Shown one piece after another: positions 11,961 through 25,960 of a stretch of 64,000 nt of DNA. The notes beneath the pieces were generated by a model. The model made no database searches. It saw only the letters and a program-made list of their open reading frames with translations, and was not told where the DNA came from. The stretch comes from Vicugna vicugna (lineage: Eukaryota), in assembly GCA_013265495.1 (NCBI GenBank), contig MU058423.1, positions 9,905,627 to 9,969,626 on the forward strand, read 5' to 3'. Position numbers and translations under genes: made by a program. The stretch's first letter is position 1; every line of letters starts with the position of its first letter.

Positions 11961-14900
11961 CGGAAAAAAAAAAAAAATCAGGACACATAGAATTGAGATC
12001 TTCAATTCACTGACCAGAGCCTCTTCCTCCAAGGCAAACTCAACCCACTTTAGCCTCTGTTTAGCCAACTTGTCTCAGATCAAGTTGAGAGCTACCTCCT
12101 CTCCTTTCTTAACCCTACCTTCCCAGTAAGGTTTGCATCCAAATCCTCTACCTCTGTCTCATAACTACCCTTCCTTGAAAAGTAGTCATGATGACTCCCT
12201 GTCTTGCTTTGATGGCATGTTAATGTGGGTTCTCCTAGAAGCAGGTCCCAACTGTGATTAGACATACAAGGGATTTATCAAGGGAAACACCTGTGAAAGA
12301 TCAAAGTTGAGGGGTGTTAAGCCAGAGAAGGCAAAGAAAACCTTCAGACTATGATGGAGGTCTGACCTTTGTGAAGGAGAGAGGGAAGGAAGAAGGACTG
12401 GGTAAGGAGCACCTCAGAGTACAGCACAATTCTAAGGAAGATTTGGCCAGATTCATGGGGGGGGATTTAAACCAAGGCTGCCAGTTAGAGGTATCTCAGA
12501 GGAATGGACTCACCCAGATTCCCCCACCATGTCTACTCATTGCTAGAAGGAACCTGCGGCAAGTACCTTTTTTTTTGTTTTGTCACTTACTCTTTCTTCT
12601 AGATTTGTAAAAACTGTTCTTAGCTCACGCATGTAGTATGTGACCCAGCAGGGAGTCAGTAGTTGATTCAGAGGAGTGACAGCTGGGCCATCAGACCAAA
12701 AGCCTCCCCAGAGCAGGAGATCCTAGTGGCACATTTCATGGCCATCACAGATGCCCTCAGTGACTCAGTGACACTTCCTAAATGTTCTACTGGCACTTTC
12801 TGTCCAAACCAGTCAAAACTCAGTATGTACAGCCTTGTACCATTATTAATCATTCCACTCTGTGTCCAACCAACTAGGTTACAAACCCTTCTTTAAAGAC
12901 CAGTACCTGGCACTGTTTCCTCAACTCAGAAGCATCTGGATATTCGCTGTAGTTAAGAACTGTGTTATTTTCATTACTTGAATTTATCTGAGAGTTGTAA
13001 CAGTGGGAATTTTGGCTTAGGAAGTTGGGATGGGGGAAGTTAAGAAAGAATATGATTTGGATGTGGAGTTCTGTAGATGCCACAGTGAGGAAGGGAGACC
13101 TGGAGCATGGGAGGTGGACACATCCACTGAAGGAAGGCAGACACGAGGGCCTGGGCACATACATTTGGTGAGATGAAGTCCAAGTAGGCAGACAGAACAC
13201 AGTATCCAGATAACGTGGTGGAAAGAGCTAATCTAGGGCAAGAACTAGCATGGGTGGCGGTCCAGCAAGATGTAATGGATAGGAGTTTGGAGCAGACATC
13301 ACTGCACCTCTGTTTGAGAACGAACCTTTCTACCCGCAGAGGCAATTTTCACACACCCTGTCACACCTTCTTAACCTTGGTTAATTGGACTGGAAGAGAC
13401 ACCTGTCTCAAGCTGAACCTCCTGGGAATTTTGAATTGGGGCTCAGTAAATCTAATTAGTTGGGTTTTCCTTGAAGTGAACTGACATGTTCAGACAGGAG
13501 TCGTGCAGGCTGCTGGGGCAGTCATGTACACTAGGAAGCAGGAGAAGTGGCTTGCAGAAAGACAGGAATGAGTCAGGCAGTCAGAGAGGAGCTGAGATAA
13601 GAGAGAGCGTGACTCCAGAGAAAGAGAATGAGACTCAGAGAGTAGTTGCTTGAACTCCTGAGACATTTCCATTCCTGGGTCTAATCCTTGTGTCCTATCA
13701 TGCTAGGTTCTGAGATAACCTACCAACACTAGAATAAATTCTCTCTTATTCTTAAGCCAATTTGCATGGGTTTATTTTAGTAGGAGCCAAATGATACTGA
13801 CTGAGACAATGACAGATATGCTCAAGACACCAACAGAAAACTGATAAACATGCAAAGTGCTGAGACGCAGGCAGGCAAAGAGGTTAGCATCAGGAAGACT
13901 GGAAAGAGTAGACCAGACAAGGCAGCTGTTAGTCTGGTAGGAACCTGGTAACTAAATGGGTAATCAAGTCAGAGACTAAGCGACTGGTTATAGGAATTAG
14001 GGTGTAGGGTAGAGCCTTCATCACAGGAACAAGGCAGAAAAAGTTGGTTACTAAGAGTCAGGCAAAAGGTCAGAGGCAGACTAAGACCTTCTGATCTGTT
14101 GAGGACGGAATTCATTCATGTGTTCAGTAAGAATTCTTGGGTACCTACTCCAGTCTAGGGGGTTTGGTGTGTTAACAGGCTGAGTTGGGGGTTCAAGGTA
14201 CCATAGGGTGGAGCCAGCCTGAGCGTGGAGACCCCCTGATACCTGTTGTGGAGAAGCGAAGGATCAGAGAGCGGAATCGGCGGGGAGCCAGCCAGCTCAT
14301 GATGTGTTGTGGATGACTGAATGTTAGAATTTGGAGCATTCTGGGGCAAAACAGGCCTGGAAGAAGTTGAAACTGAAAACTCAGAAAGTAACTTCTTTCA
14401 AGGAGCAGCAGCGAGGCAGTGGGGCTTGATAAGAGTGATTCAGAACGGGGAGATAAAATGATGTCAAACACACAGCCTGTCTGCTTGTCAGCTTCTCCTA
14501 GCGCCCTGGTGGCAGCTGAAGAACCTATAAGAAATACCTCTTGTGCCTTTTTGGGCTGCATGAACTGTTTCATCACACACTTGCTCTACTTTACCAAAGT
14601 TAAAACTTTCAGGAGGATGTGGAAAGCTATAAATTCTGACCTTGCCTAATTCAATTCAGATAGGCAAGACTAGATGCCTTTAACGTATTTCAGCTCAACA
14701 TCTTCTGGTTAAACCTTGGACCCTGACCTACTTAGAAGAAGAAATACAGTAAGACAAGAGAAAAAGGAGGTAGAAAGAAGGATAAAAATTAAGAGATGTC
14801 TCATAATCTGTTACACATATTAGGGTAAAGTTAGGTCAGACAATCTCCTGTGACCTCTTTCTCTACCTGCCACTTATAGTTTTGAATTTCTTATAATCAA

Positions 14901-16033
14901 AGGTAGTACTTTTCATGAAGACCCCAAGAGCACTCCTCTGGGGAATGCCAGGGACTCCCTAAGTAGTCCGTTATTTAACCTTGACAAGATGAACTAAAAA
15001 CTGACCTTAACAGTGACAAAATTAGGAGACATGCTATCGGATCTGGTTTCTTTCCTCACAATCTTATTTCTAGTGCTATTGTTCATGGTATTAAATAGAG
15101 TCAAAAGGTCTAGAGCTGAGTCAGAAATTACTGCTTGGCTTCTGACTGGCCTGATGGGGAGCAAATTTTGTAACCTCCCCAAGCTCTCCTTTCCTTATCC
15201 GTAAAATGGTACTGTGATACATCACTTGTTCTGGTACCCTGCTGGGCGATTTTAAAGACCGTGTATGAAAGCTAATGAAATGATACAAGCACCCATGGAA
15301 GGCGGGCAGGTCCTTTCATAAGTCAGCATATTTGAGCAAGGAATCTGTTACCAGAACCTGATTTTTTTTCCTCATTAGCTCTGTTGCCTTTGGCAATTCA
15401 TTTGAGTTCCAAGTCTGGGTTTTTCCCCTTGTGAAAGAAGTATGATACTACTCTGTGTTTCATATAGTTTTTAATGAATATGAAAATGATGTGGGTATAC
15501 GAATGTATAAAGACTATATGAATTATAATTCTTAACAATGTCCCAGAACAGAATACTGATATTATTGTTATAAATGTATTAATATAATTTTAAATTAGTA
15601 TGCCTATATCAGATCCTTTTGAGAATATTTTCATAGAGAATTGTTCTGATTTCTATGGCAGAATCAAATTTAAACCAGACATAATCACTTAAAAATGAAA
15701 CATGAAATTAAAGTACACATAAAAAAATAACTGAGTGCTCCCTTAAAGCAAAGATCTTTCATATACTTCATCTACAATGGAGTCTTTTAGAAAACAAAAA
15801 TGTTATAGTCAATTTTTGTCTGTAATTTACTAGTTTAATGCTTTCTTGAATTTTGAGAAATATGGTTTTTATACATATATATGGATAAGGTTATAAAAGA
15901 GTTTAGTTAAGCATATTTGGTTCAGTTTTATATTGAGATTATTACCATTTGTTTGCATTTTTAAAAAAATAAAAATATTCTCCTTTATACTGGTTATATT
16001 CTAATGTTCTTTAATCTTTCATTTCCTTGCAAG

Positions 16034-16166
16034 ATAATAGTTGGAGAAACTGCTGTGTTTTGCCTACAACTGGCCACAAGGGATTTTGAAAACCAAGAGA
16101 AAACTATTTTAACTGGAGATTGTTGCTATATAAACCCACTGGTGAGGAGAACTGTACGATTTCTTG
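16034..16166 (+). CDS. PLPPR5: PLPPR5 coding exon 2 (133 bp)
   Basis: Acceptor ttccttgcaag| and donor CTTG|gtatgt. Encodes IIVGETAVFCLQLATRDFENQEKTILTGDCCYINPLVRRTVRFL plus 1 nt, and this phase fits exon 3. Confidence 0.97.
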
Positions 16167-17310
16167 GTATGTGTTCATTGAATTGTTTTTATTATTGCTG
16201 AAACAATGTTTATGTATAAGCTAATCTTTAAAATGACCAGTATTTTAACTGTATGCAAATATTAGGTTATATTTTCTTTGAAATGTTTCAATTTGGTTTT
16301 AAAAATAAATACTGCATACTATTTTCTCTCTTGCTTTGCAAGACTCCATGGTGTCAGTTCCATATTATTTTAAGGAAAAAAAAAACCCCACCACATTTGG
16401 ATATTTAATATTCCTAAAGAAACTAAAAATTACATAATTAAAAGAAGTGATTTACTGTGTTTATTAAATTTCAGAAACAATGCCCAGGGAGAAATGATAA
16501 GGTAGGTTGTTGATCACGAAGTACAAGAAAAATAATTTGACAAATTAAAGAAATGCTGTATTTGTTAATTTTCATCTATAGCACTCTACGAACTATTTTT
16601 GAGCTGTTTTTTCCTATGCCAACAAAAATATATTGGTGATTTTATTAGAGGACAAGATTTACTGATACTTTGTCTCAAATTCTAGCACTAATACATACGA
16701 ACATTGGCAGATTACTGAAAATCATTTCAATAGACACTTGGCCAACACAGGTTTTTGAACTGACACAATAAAATTTAACATAGGTTATTTTTTCCTGGCT
16801 TTATCAGATTAAAAAAAAGTATGTATATACTAAATAACATGTAAGACAAGTTCTGATCAGTATTAAGACTGTTACTGTAACTCTTCAATATATTTCTCAT
16901 ATTGATAGAATCAAGATGAAGACTTTGGACATATTATGCGTAGATCACCTAATCTATCTATCAGCCCACTAAAGACTAATCAAATGTCATCATACCTTTA
17001 AATCACTCTAAAGACAAAACGTCTTCCTATCTAAAACTGTTCTTTTTATTTTCATCAACTTACACATCTCCACAGCCCTCATTTATACTGTTAAAGGGAT
17101 AACTTTTATATGAAACTTTAAAACTTTTTTTTTTCGCATACATCAGTACTGCGCTCTTGATCTATTTATCCTTGCATGAGTCATTTAATAACAAAATAAA
17201 CACTATACTCAGAACTAAAGCAAGAACCTTCCTAAATATTGCTAAATTATATTATGCCTACTTAAGTAAAATATTTTTGTGCATTTATACACATGCTTCT
17301 AAAGAATATC

Positions 17311-19704
17311 CAAGCATATCTCTGAGAGCCTTCAAGCTCATTTCCAGGCTACCACAGTTAAATGAATATCACAGTAAAGCAAGTCACATGAAATTTTTTG
17401 GTTTCCAGGGCATATAGAAGTTATGTTTATGCTATATTGTAATCTATTAAATGTGCGATAGCATTATGTCTAAAAAGTGTACATACCTTAATTAAAGAAT
17501 ACTTTATCGCTAAAAACTGCTAATCATCGCCTGAGCCTTTAGTGAGTCGTAATCGTTTTTCTGGTGGAGGGTTTTGCCTCAGTGCTGCAGACTTCTGACT
17601 GATCAGAGTGGTGGTTGCTGAAAGTTGGGAGGGGCTGTGGAAATTTCTTAAAATAAGACAGCAGTGAAGTTTGCCACATTGTTTGACTCTTCCTTTCACG
17701 AATGACTTCTCTGTAGTGTGCAGTGCTGTTTGCTAGCGTTTTACCCACAGCGGAACTTCTTTCAAAGTTGGAGTCAGTCTTCCCAAACTCTGCTGCTGCT
17801 CTATCAAGATTATGTGATTTTCTAAATCCTTTGCTGTCCTTTGGACAGTCTTCACAGCATCTTCACCAGGAGTTGATTCCATCTCAAGAAACCACTTTCT
17901 TTGCTCATCCACGCAAAGCAGCTCCTTATCCACTCAGGTCTGACCATGAGATGGCAGCCCTTCAGCCCCACCTTCAGGCTCTGCCTCTTATCCTAGTTCT
18001 TCTACTGAGTCCCCCACATCTGCAGTTACTTCTTCCACTAAGTCTAGAACCCCTCAGAGTCATCTGTAAGAGCTGGAATCTTCTTTCCAACTCCTGTTAA
18101 TGCTAATATTTTGACCTCTTCCCATGGATCACAAATGTTTTTAATGGCGTCTAGAATGGTGAATCTTGTCTAGAAGATTTTCAAGCTTGCTTTGCCCAGA
18201 TCCATCAGCGGAATCAGCATCTATGGCAGCTATAACGTTAAGAAGTGTAATTCTCAAATCATACTACTTGAAAGCCAGAATTAGTCCTTGATCACAGGCG
18301 GCAGAATGGATGTTGCGTGAGCAGGCGTGAAAACAACATTAAGCTCATTGTACGTCTCCACCAGAGCTCTCGGGTGACCAGGTGCGTCGTCAATGAGCAG
18401 TCGTATTTTGAAGGGATCTTTTTTTTTTTTTTTCCTGAGCAGTGGGTCTCAACAGTGGGCTTAAAATATTTAATAAGCCATTTTGTAAATAAACATGCTG
18501 TCATGGAGGCTTTGTGGTTCCATTTATAGAGCACAGGCAGAGTATATTTAGCATCGTTCTTGAGCACCCTGGGATTGTCAGAATGCTAAATGAGCATTGG
18601 CTCCAACTTAAAGTCGCCAGCTGCATTAGCCCCTAGCAAGTGAGTCAGCCTGTCTCTTGAAGCTTTGACGGCAGGCATCGACTCCTTCTCTCCAGCTAGG
18701 AAAGTCCTAGACGGCATCCTGTTCCAGCAGAAGACTGTTCTGTCCCCACTGAAAATCTGTCATGTATGTGGCACCTTCGCCGGATCTTCCGGGATACTTA
18801 CTGCAGCATCTACATCAGCGCTCGCTGCATCACCCTGCACTTCCACGTTTTGGAGATGGCTTCTTTCCTGAAAGCTCATGAACCGGCCTCTGCTGGCTTT
18901 AGACTTTTCTTCAGCAGCTTCCTCACCTCTCTCAGCTTCTGGAGAGCTGGAGAGAGGTAGGGCCTCATGCTGGCTTAGGTTTTGGCTGGAGGGAATATTG
19001 CGGCGGGTTTGACCTTCTCTCTGGACCACTAACGCTTTCTGCAAATCAGCAATAAGGCTCTTCCGCTCTCTTATCATTTGTGTCCTCACTGGAGCAGAAC
19101 TTGTAATTTCTTTCAAGAACTTTCCCTTTGTATTCACAACTTGGCTGTTTGGCACCAGAGTCCTAGCTTTGGGCTTATCTTGGCTTTTGATGTGCCTTCC
19201 CCACCAAGCTTAATCATTTCTGTCTTTTGATTTAAAGTGAGAGGTGTGTGATTTTTTTCACTTGAACACTTAGCAGCTGTTAGAGGATTTGCACAGGATT
19301 AATTGCTTAATTTCAGTAACGCTGTGTCTCAGGACGTAGGGAAGCCCGAGGAAAGGGAGAGACATGGGGGAACGGCTGGTTGGCGGCGCAGTCAGAGAAC
19401 ACACATTTATCGATTCAGTTCTTTGTCTTATGCAGGTGCAGTTTGTGGTACCCTCAAACCATCACCAAAGTAACATCAAAGAGCACTGATCACACATCAG
19501 CAATAGCAAATGTAATAGTGAGAAACTTTGAAATATTGTAAGAATTACTAAAATGTGACACAGAGACACAAAGTGAGCAAATGTTATTGGGAAAATGGCG
19601 CCAATAGACTTACTCAACACAGGGTTGCCACATGCCTTCAATTTGTGAAAAATGCGCTACCTGCAAAACCCAACACAGCGAAGCTCAGTAAAGCGAGGTA
19701 TGGT
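17311..19704 (-). mobile_element. Full-length, decayed Tigger1 DNA transposon (pogo/TcMar)
   Basis: Degenerate TIRs caagcatatctc (17311) and cgaggtatg (19694-19702), about 2.4 kb apart. Minus-strand ORF fragments at 18760-19155, 18292-18567, 17733-17933 and 17539-17748 resemble Tigger1/TIGD1 transposase (AERGEEAAEEK..ASRG; DEQRKWFLEMESTPGEDAV; QTSLLSYFKK). Confidence 0.93.
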
Positions 19705-21743
19705 ATATGGCACAAAGGAAAGTGTGCTTTTAAGTTTCTACGTGTTTCTTTCTTCTCATGTGATTTTAGAAAACATTTAGGAGTGCTTGATTTGTTTACT
19801 TTTTCCTTGGTTATCATGACTTGGGTGTTTCCGGTTTGTTATGATAAAATGGGAAGCTTGTGAGCAAAGCGTTACTGCATAATAGAACATCACTCTTTAT
19901 AGCGACTTTATTCTGGAGGTCAGCGCAGGGATACACTCACGGGATCTCACTTAAATAAATATCTTCATAGTCAACTACAATATTGGCCTTGGGCCTGATG
20001 TGCTGACATTTTAATTCCAAAGCATATTTAGAAACTTTACAAGTATCAAGAGACATTTCTGTATCCTTATCAAATACTCCTCTTTCCTTTAAACAGGAAA
20101 ACTTATTACACCAGATCAAAAGAATGGTTTGGTTAAATAAAATGAATACCTCTCAGCCGAGGTCACAAGAGAGGAGAGAGAAAGACTTACCATTTAGGTT
20201 CCCAGGCTGGGCCATGAGATTTGGAAGGAAGAGGCTGTGTACAGTAACATTTTATTAAGCTTCGTTCTCTTCCATTCCTCTGCCTCTGCTGAATTTCTGA
20301 TTTAATAACATTTACTTGCATGGCTCATGGAATGCTGGTAAGATGTAAAGAAAGCTTTTTATTGCTTTGAAATTTTTTTAAGAGAGCACTAATGTCCTTC
20401 TTTCATTGCCATTTGTACGCACATAGAGTTTCACGATGTGCAGTTCTGTGTGCATGAACCTTTTATAACCTTACATAGTACTTTGAAAATGAAAATGAGA
20501 GTCATGCATCTAATGCTACAAAATTATTTCTGTGATCCTGGTGATTTCCTACACAGCAGCCACTAATTATGTAAAGGCTTGGGAAACAAACAGTTCAGAA
20601 ATATATGACTAAGAAAAAAAACGAATTATTATAATGGAATTTTATGACTTTTTAATGAACCAACTATTTTGGAAGTGTTATTTTGTTATAGTCTTAAAAT
20701 ATGCTGATGGATTTTATTATCCAAAACTATTTTTAAAAATGGGTTTCTTTACATTGGTACCATGTCCTTGAAGATTGTATCTATAAGTTTAACTGAAAAT
20801 GATGCCAAAGTATTTACTTTGCCTACCCTATCTAATAAAGATAAGTTTTGGCAGTAACGATCAATGACATTGAATTTAGAAAATATTTTTGGTATTTGAG
20901 TAAATTGGCATGTTTCTGACAAAGGAGGGGGGAACTTAGGTACTTAATTCTACGCCTTCAGGTAAACAAAACAAATAATTAATTTTCATGCTGTGAAGAT
21001 AATTTTAAAACTATAATCTAATTGTTTTATTATTTACTAAATTGTCCCAAATGGTGATAAATTAAAACTCAATCCCAAAAAGATAATGTGGGTCTTAGTT
21101 ACCAGCTGTTATGGGACTTTTAAAAATGTGTTTCTGAAGGCAGCATAGAGATTAATCTGAAAACACTCTGTGTTACTCATGATTTTCCATGATATTTAAG
21201 TGAAAGCTGATGGCACTGGATCTTACCTCTAATTGGCGCCTCCAGCAGAGTTAATATCAGTTTGCATGGGCTTAAGAGGCACAATCGAAGGGAGACAACT
21301 GCTCTGCTTTATGTTAGTAAGATTAAAAAAATATATTTTCAAAAACAGGGAGAAAATTAAGATTGCTAACATTAGTAGAAGGTGATAGACCGAACTGACT
21401 CAAGCAAAATGTGTCTCCACTTAAAAAAATCACATCACCCAAACACAGCCTTAGAATATACTTTCTTCTTTTATCTTATGTCTTATAAACCTGGCATGCA
21501 TAAAGATGTAGCCAGTGGTAGACAGCTCAGTATGTTAAATAATTTAACACTCCCACCACTTCGGAAAGCACCGGGAGGCACTGGAGGGAGGGAAATGGAA
21601 GGAACCGTATGATGTAAAAATGGATGGATGGTGAACTCTTTTTGAGTTGCTGAACTGTTGCCACGTTGGTTTATTGTAAACTGAGACATACACACACACA
21701 CACACAAAACCCCAGAGTTAACATGGTTTGTTTTCTTCCTCAG

Positions 21744-21994
21744 GAATTTATGCGTTTGGACTGTTCGCTACAGATATCTTTGTAAATGCTGGGCAAGTAG
21801 TCACAGGAAATCTGGCTCCACACTTTCTGGCCCTGTGCAAACCCAACTACACAGCCCTCGGATGCCAGCAGTATACGCAGTTCATCAGCGGGGAAGAGGC
21901 CTGCACGGGGAACCCGGATCTCATCATGAGAGCAAGGAAGACGTTTCCGTCCAAAGAAGCGGCCCTCAGCGTCTACGCAGCGATGTATCTGACA
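21744..21994 (+). CDS. PLPPR5: PLPPR5 coding exon 3 (251 bp)
   Basis: Acceptor ttttcttcctcag| and donor ACA|gtaagc. Encodes (G)IYAFGLFATDIFVNAGQVVTGNLAPHFLALCKPNYTALGC...TFPSKEAALSVYAAMYLT, covering the PAP2 C1/C2 region and an NYT glycosylation sequon. Confidence 0.97.
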
Positions 21995-22495
21995 GTAAGC
22001 AAGAGCCAGAAACCTTTCTTAGTCTGTCTTTCTGTGAGTTCTCCCGAAGTGGAAATTATTCCTCCCTGCCATAGTGGAAGTCACATTAAAAGCTTTCTGC
22101 AGGCCATTTAATTTATTTTTAATGATAGCTGTTTGTGCTGTGGATAAAATTAAGTCAGTTGGCTCTCATGAGATTACGTGTGGGCAGTTGGTTGCATTAA
22201 AAAATACAGCCATTAGCATTTCTATTTGAGAATATGTTTGTCTTTATATTAAGTAGAGCTTAATGGAAATGAATTTGTCCTATAGCAGTCCCCATAAACG
22301 TTTAACGGTGCAATTAGAAGGACTACCCAGGCCTCTTAGACACCTACTCAAGCTCTGATGTTCTCTGGTGAAGGTGGGCGAAGAGGCACTCTTTTTCTAG
22401 AAAGTTCTTTCGTTATTTGTTAACTACTTATCGTAATATCTCAACCAGTGTTTTAATATTTTCTGGTAGAACTAACCAAAATGCTGTTATAAATT

Positions 22496-22513
22496 ATATA
22501 TATATATATATAT
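22496..22513. repeat. (TA)n microsatellite
   Basis: Read directly from the sequence. Confidence 0.9.
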
Positions 22514-24019
22514 TCTTTATTCTTGGGTATTTGCCATCATTTTGGTGGTGAGAACCAGGCCCTAAGTGCAGCTGTCTTCGGACAGCCACGTGTAGGTGGA
22601 AGTAAGTGGTCACGCTGAGCGCATTTCTGATCTGCAGGAGGAGAAGGCAGGGCAGCTCTAGGTCCCTGTGTTTGTGTCCATCGGCCTTCCCCTCTGCACC
22701 AGAATCTGCCTTGAAGCCATGGAGTCGGACTCCGAAACGTGCCTCGTAGGCTTTTCCACAGCTACAGCAGGGCGTTCAGAGAATTTTTTCTTTGGGGGTC
22801 CTCCTTGCCAGTGGTGCCAATACCTACTTCTTTCTGATTTCAGCTCAAAGACAAGAGATCTCAGGACCAGTCTGAGCCCAAATTCGATCATTTCTAATTA
22901 CATGAAAAAATTCGGAATTATTTTTACCCTCTAAGAACTATTTGATTATGGAAATGTTTCTAATGTTCCTAATGTATTCTTGTCAGTTTATCTCTGAAAG
23001 CAGAGAGAGTAACTCCTGCAACACCCCTACTTGAGACTGGAAATAATAATCACCAAGTAAAGGACAATTTGAGAGGGGGAGCTATGGCATCGTAACACTC
23101 ACAATGGCAGGATGATTTCGGAGGTCATAAGGGTATGCATTTTAACATTTTTAAAGTTTTTAAGCCAAGTTCATTCTACCACTCACTGTCTGGAATTTTT
23201 TAAAAATTCCAATGAGAAAAATTTTTATAGAGTTAAGGATTAAATCCTATCCCATGCATTTTCTCTTCTGATTTCTGTATAATTCCCCAGTTACAATGCC
23301 TTTCTTGCCCTCACTCTGCTCCTCTGATTTTCCCCTGATTCTTTAGCGCATCACTTGTGCTTTCGGCTGCACATTCTAAGGTACTTCTAGCCTTCACGTG
23401 AAATCTTCTAATCCATGCATGTTCTTTCCTGTTTACTAAATTTCTTGGCTGAATGTTCTACCTCTCCTAGAAGATGGAGCATTCAGCCTTCATATGAAGA
23501 TCTAAAACTTGAGTGAATCAGGAGTCAGAAAATACGTTTCACTCATGATCATTACATCTAACTCTGATGCTTGCATTTGTGTCTGGGTATACAGATCTGC
23601 ATAGACGTATGATGAAGCCAATGACTTGAGACAAATTCCAGAATACTCTCTGACCCCAGATACTGTTACATGATTATCTTAGCACTGATGCAGATGATGG
23701 GTTTTGCTGTGTGATCAGGGTGTGCCAGTGGTGGTGAATGTGCTAGCAGAGTGGAATACTTGGTCTTTATCTTTTCTGCCCAAATGGTGTTTCCGAAGGC
23801 ATTGCTATGGGAGAAGGTGCTATCTGTTTATATACTGTAAAAATATCTTAGCATCTTGTCTTGCCCTGGTCTGCTGGCATTTGTTTCAGCAACTTCTTAT
23901 CTGATTTGTTTTAGGAGCTTACTCGAAGGCATTTATTTAAGCAATTTCTGAATTATAAGCCATATTCTTCTAGTCTGTAATAAAAACTTGGAGCTATTTT
24001 AATAATAATAGTAATTATT

Positions 24020-24270
24020 GTGATTAGCAAATGTTTTTGAGCATTTACTATACATCAGGCACTAGGGCTTCACTTTTACTAATCTATTTAATATATTACT
24101 AATTCTTATTTATGTGTTATTAAAATTATTATTGTTGTTATCATTGATTATTGACACTAATTTATTGAATCCTTACAACAGCTCCTTGAAGGATGTACTA
24201 TTATTATGCCCATTTTACAGATGAGGGCACTCAGCAGGTGAAGTCACTTGCCCAGACTCATAGAACCATC
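24020..24270 (-). mobile_element. MIR SINE
   Basis: attattatgcccattttacagatgagggcactcagcaggtgaagtcacttgccca. Confidence 0.7.
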
Positions 24271-25489
24271 TATTTTCCTGGCTACGGTGATTCCGAATGT
24301 TCCAGAGAGGGAGTCATTAAATCATGTTAGCCTTCGTGGGTGTCTGGTTAGCTGAATTCCCTCCTGCTCCTGCATACTCCCCAGTGCTCATAAAAGTCAA
24401 AACCAAAGGTTCAGATGATAGATATGTTTAGAGAAAAAAAAATTTAATAACACTCCAGCACTCGGGAGCCTTCTATCATTAAACAGCGGTTCAGACTAAA
24501 AGTCAGGATTCCTGCTTGTAATTACATTGACGGGTCCCACTGTCTTTGTAACAATAGATCCTGTTCTCCGCTAACTGCTCTTCTCCCTTCCCTGCCACCC
24601 CTTGTGTGAGGAGTGGGTGGCTGCCATGGCAACTCCCAATATAACTCCTGCTGCACATGGAGGCCTTACAGTCAGGATTTGCCGTTGTATTTGAACCCGT
24701 ATACATACATATTTCTTCCTAGCTTCACTAGAGACATCTTGGAAAACTTTGTAATAGAAATGTTGGGATGTTTTAAACTAACACAGCCTCATAACATGCT
24801 TGCCAGATTCTGACATGTAGGTAAATAGGGGAAAACAGCCATACTATTCAATATTCTCTGTGGAACTAGGCTGATTGCCTGCTATATTTAGGTTGAGATG
24901 TATTTGTTTAATGTGGCATAGGAGTTATACATGCATATAAACATGTAAATTAAAGTTAATGAGCCCTGTTATGAAGCATGTGAGTCAGAACAGAAGAATA
25001 TGTTTATGAACTTGAACTCTCCCTTAGCATCTGACTTTAATTAAGACTTTGGGGGTAATTTGATCACTGAGTTGTTCTCTTTTGCTTTGTTGAGAACTTT
25101 CAGGGAAATAAAAAATTCTACGCCTATTTTTGCAAATGCTGTCGGTTTCCCAGGAAAAAATTCTAAAGGTTATTTAACCCTCATTAAATTTATGATTCAG
25201 TGTTAAGTTGCATTAGAATAATATTTAAATTTAGCTTCTTGGTATTTCTTTTCATATAAAAATGGGTAAAGTTTTGTTTTTGTTTTTGTTTTTGTTTTTT
25301 AATTAAAGTCAGGTGAAACTCCAAGGTTGAGAATGTGGCATACAGTTTGGTGACTTTCCAGTTGACCTCGTAAACCGTTGAAGCCAAAAGTCATAGAATG
25401 GCCTCTTTAGGTCTTCTAATTCTGACCTTAGATTTTCTGAAAATCTTAAAAAAATAAAGGAAGAGTCAGCTACATTTACTGACCTTTTC

Positions 25490-25960
25490 CCATTATCTGC
25501 TGCCACATAACAACCCACCCTAAACCTCAAAACAACAAGAATTTATGACCCTCAGGATGCTGCAGGCTGACCTGTGGTTTTCTTGGTGGTCAATCTTTGT
25601 TGCATCTCTCATGAGTCGTGTTCAGCTGACCAGTCAGCTGGGGGTGGAGGAGCTGGGACAGCCCGGAGAGCCGGGCTCTCACGTTCTCAAGACGTCTTTC
25701 TCATGGGTTGTTTTCCCTGCCACAGACTTAGAGCAGCCTTCCAAGAGGGCAGAGGCCCAAGCTGCAAGGCATCTTGGGGCACAGGCTCCAAAACTTGTTC
25801 ATCACCCCTATGGCTGCACTTTCTCGGTCCAGGCAAACCATAAGGCCAGCCCAGATGGATGGGGGTGGAGGAAGAGTCTCTACCTAGAGATGGGAGGCCC
25901 AGCAAAGTCAGACTGTAAAGAGGTGAAGGGACCGGGAAAGGAGGAATCTGTGGACATTAA
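25490..25960 (-). mobile_element. MLT1-type LTR
   Basis: tctgctgccacataacaacccaccctaaacctc...gtccaggcaaaccataaggccagcccagat. The 202-aa ORF here is incidental. Confidence 0.6.

Noticed and set aside
17539..19155. Possible domesticated TIGD1-like gene
   Set aside because: The transposase is broken into several frames with stops and many non-conservative changes, so it is a fossil Tigger1.
21995..22111. ORF 21728-22111 continuing past exon 3 (VSKSQKPF...)
   Set aside because: Read-through beyond a canonical gtaagc donor. Protein similarity stops exactly at the splice site.
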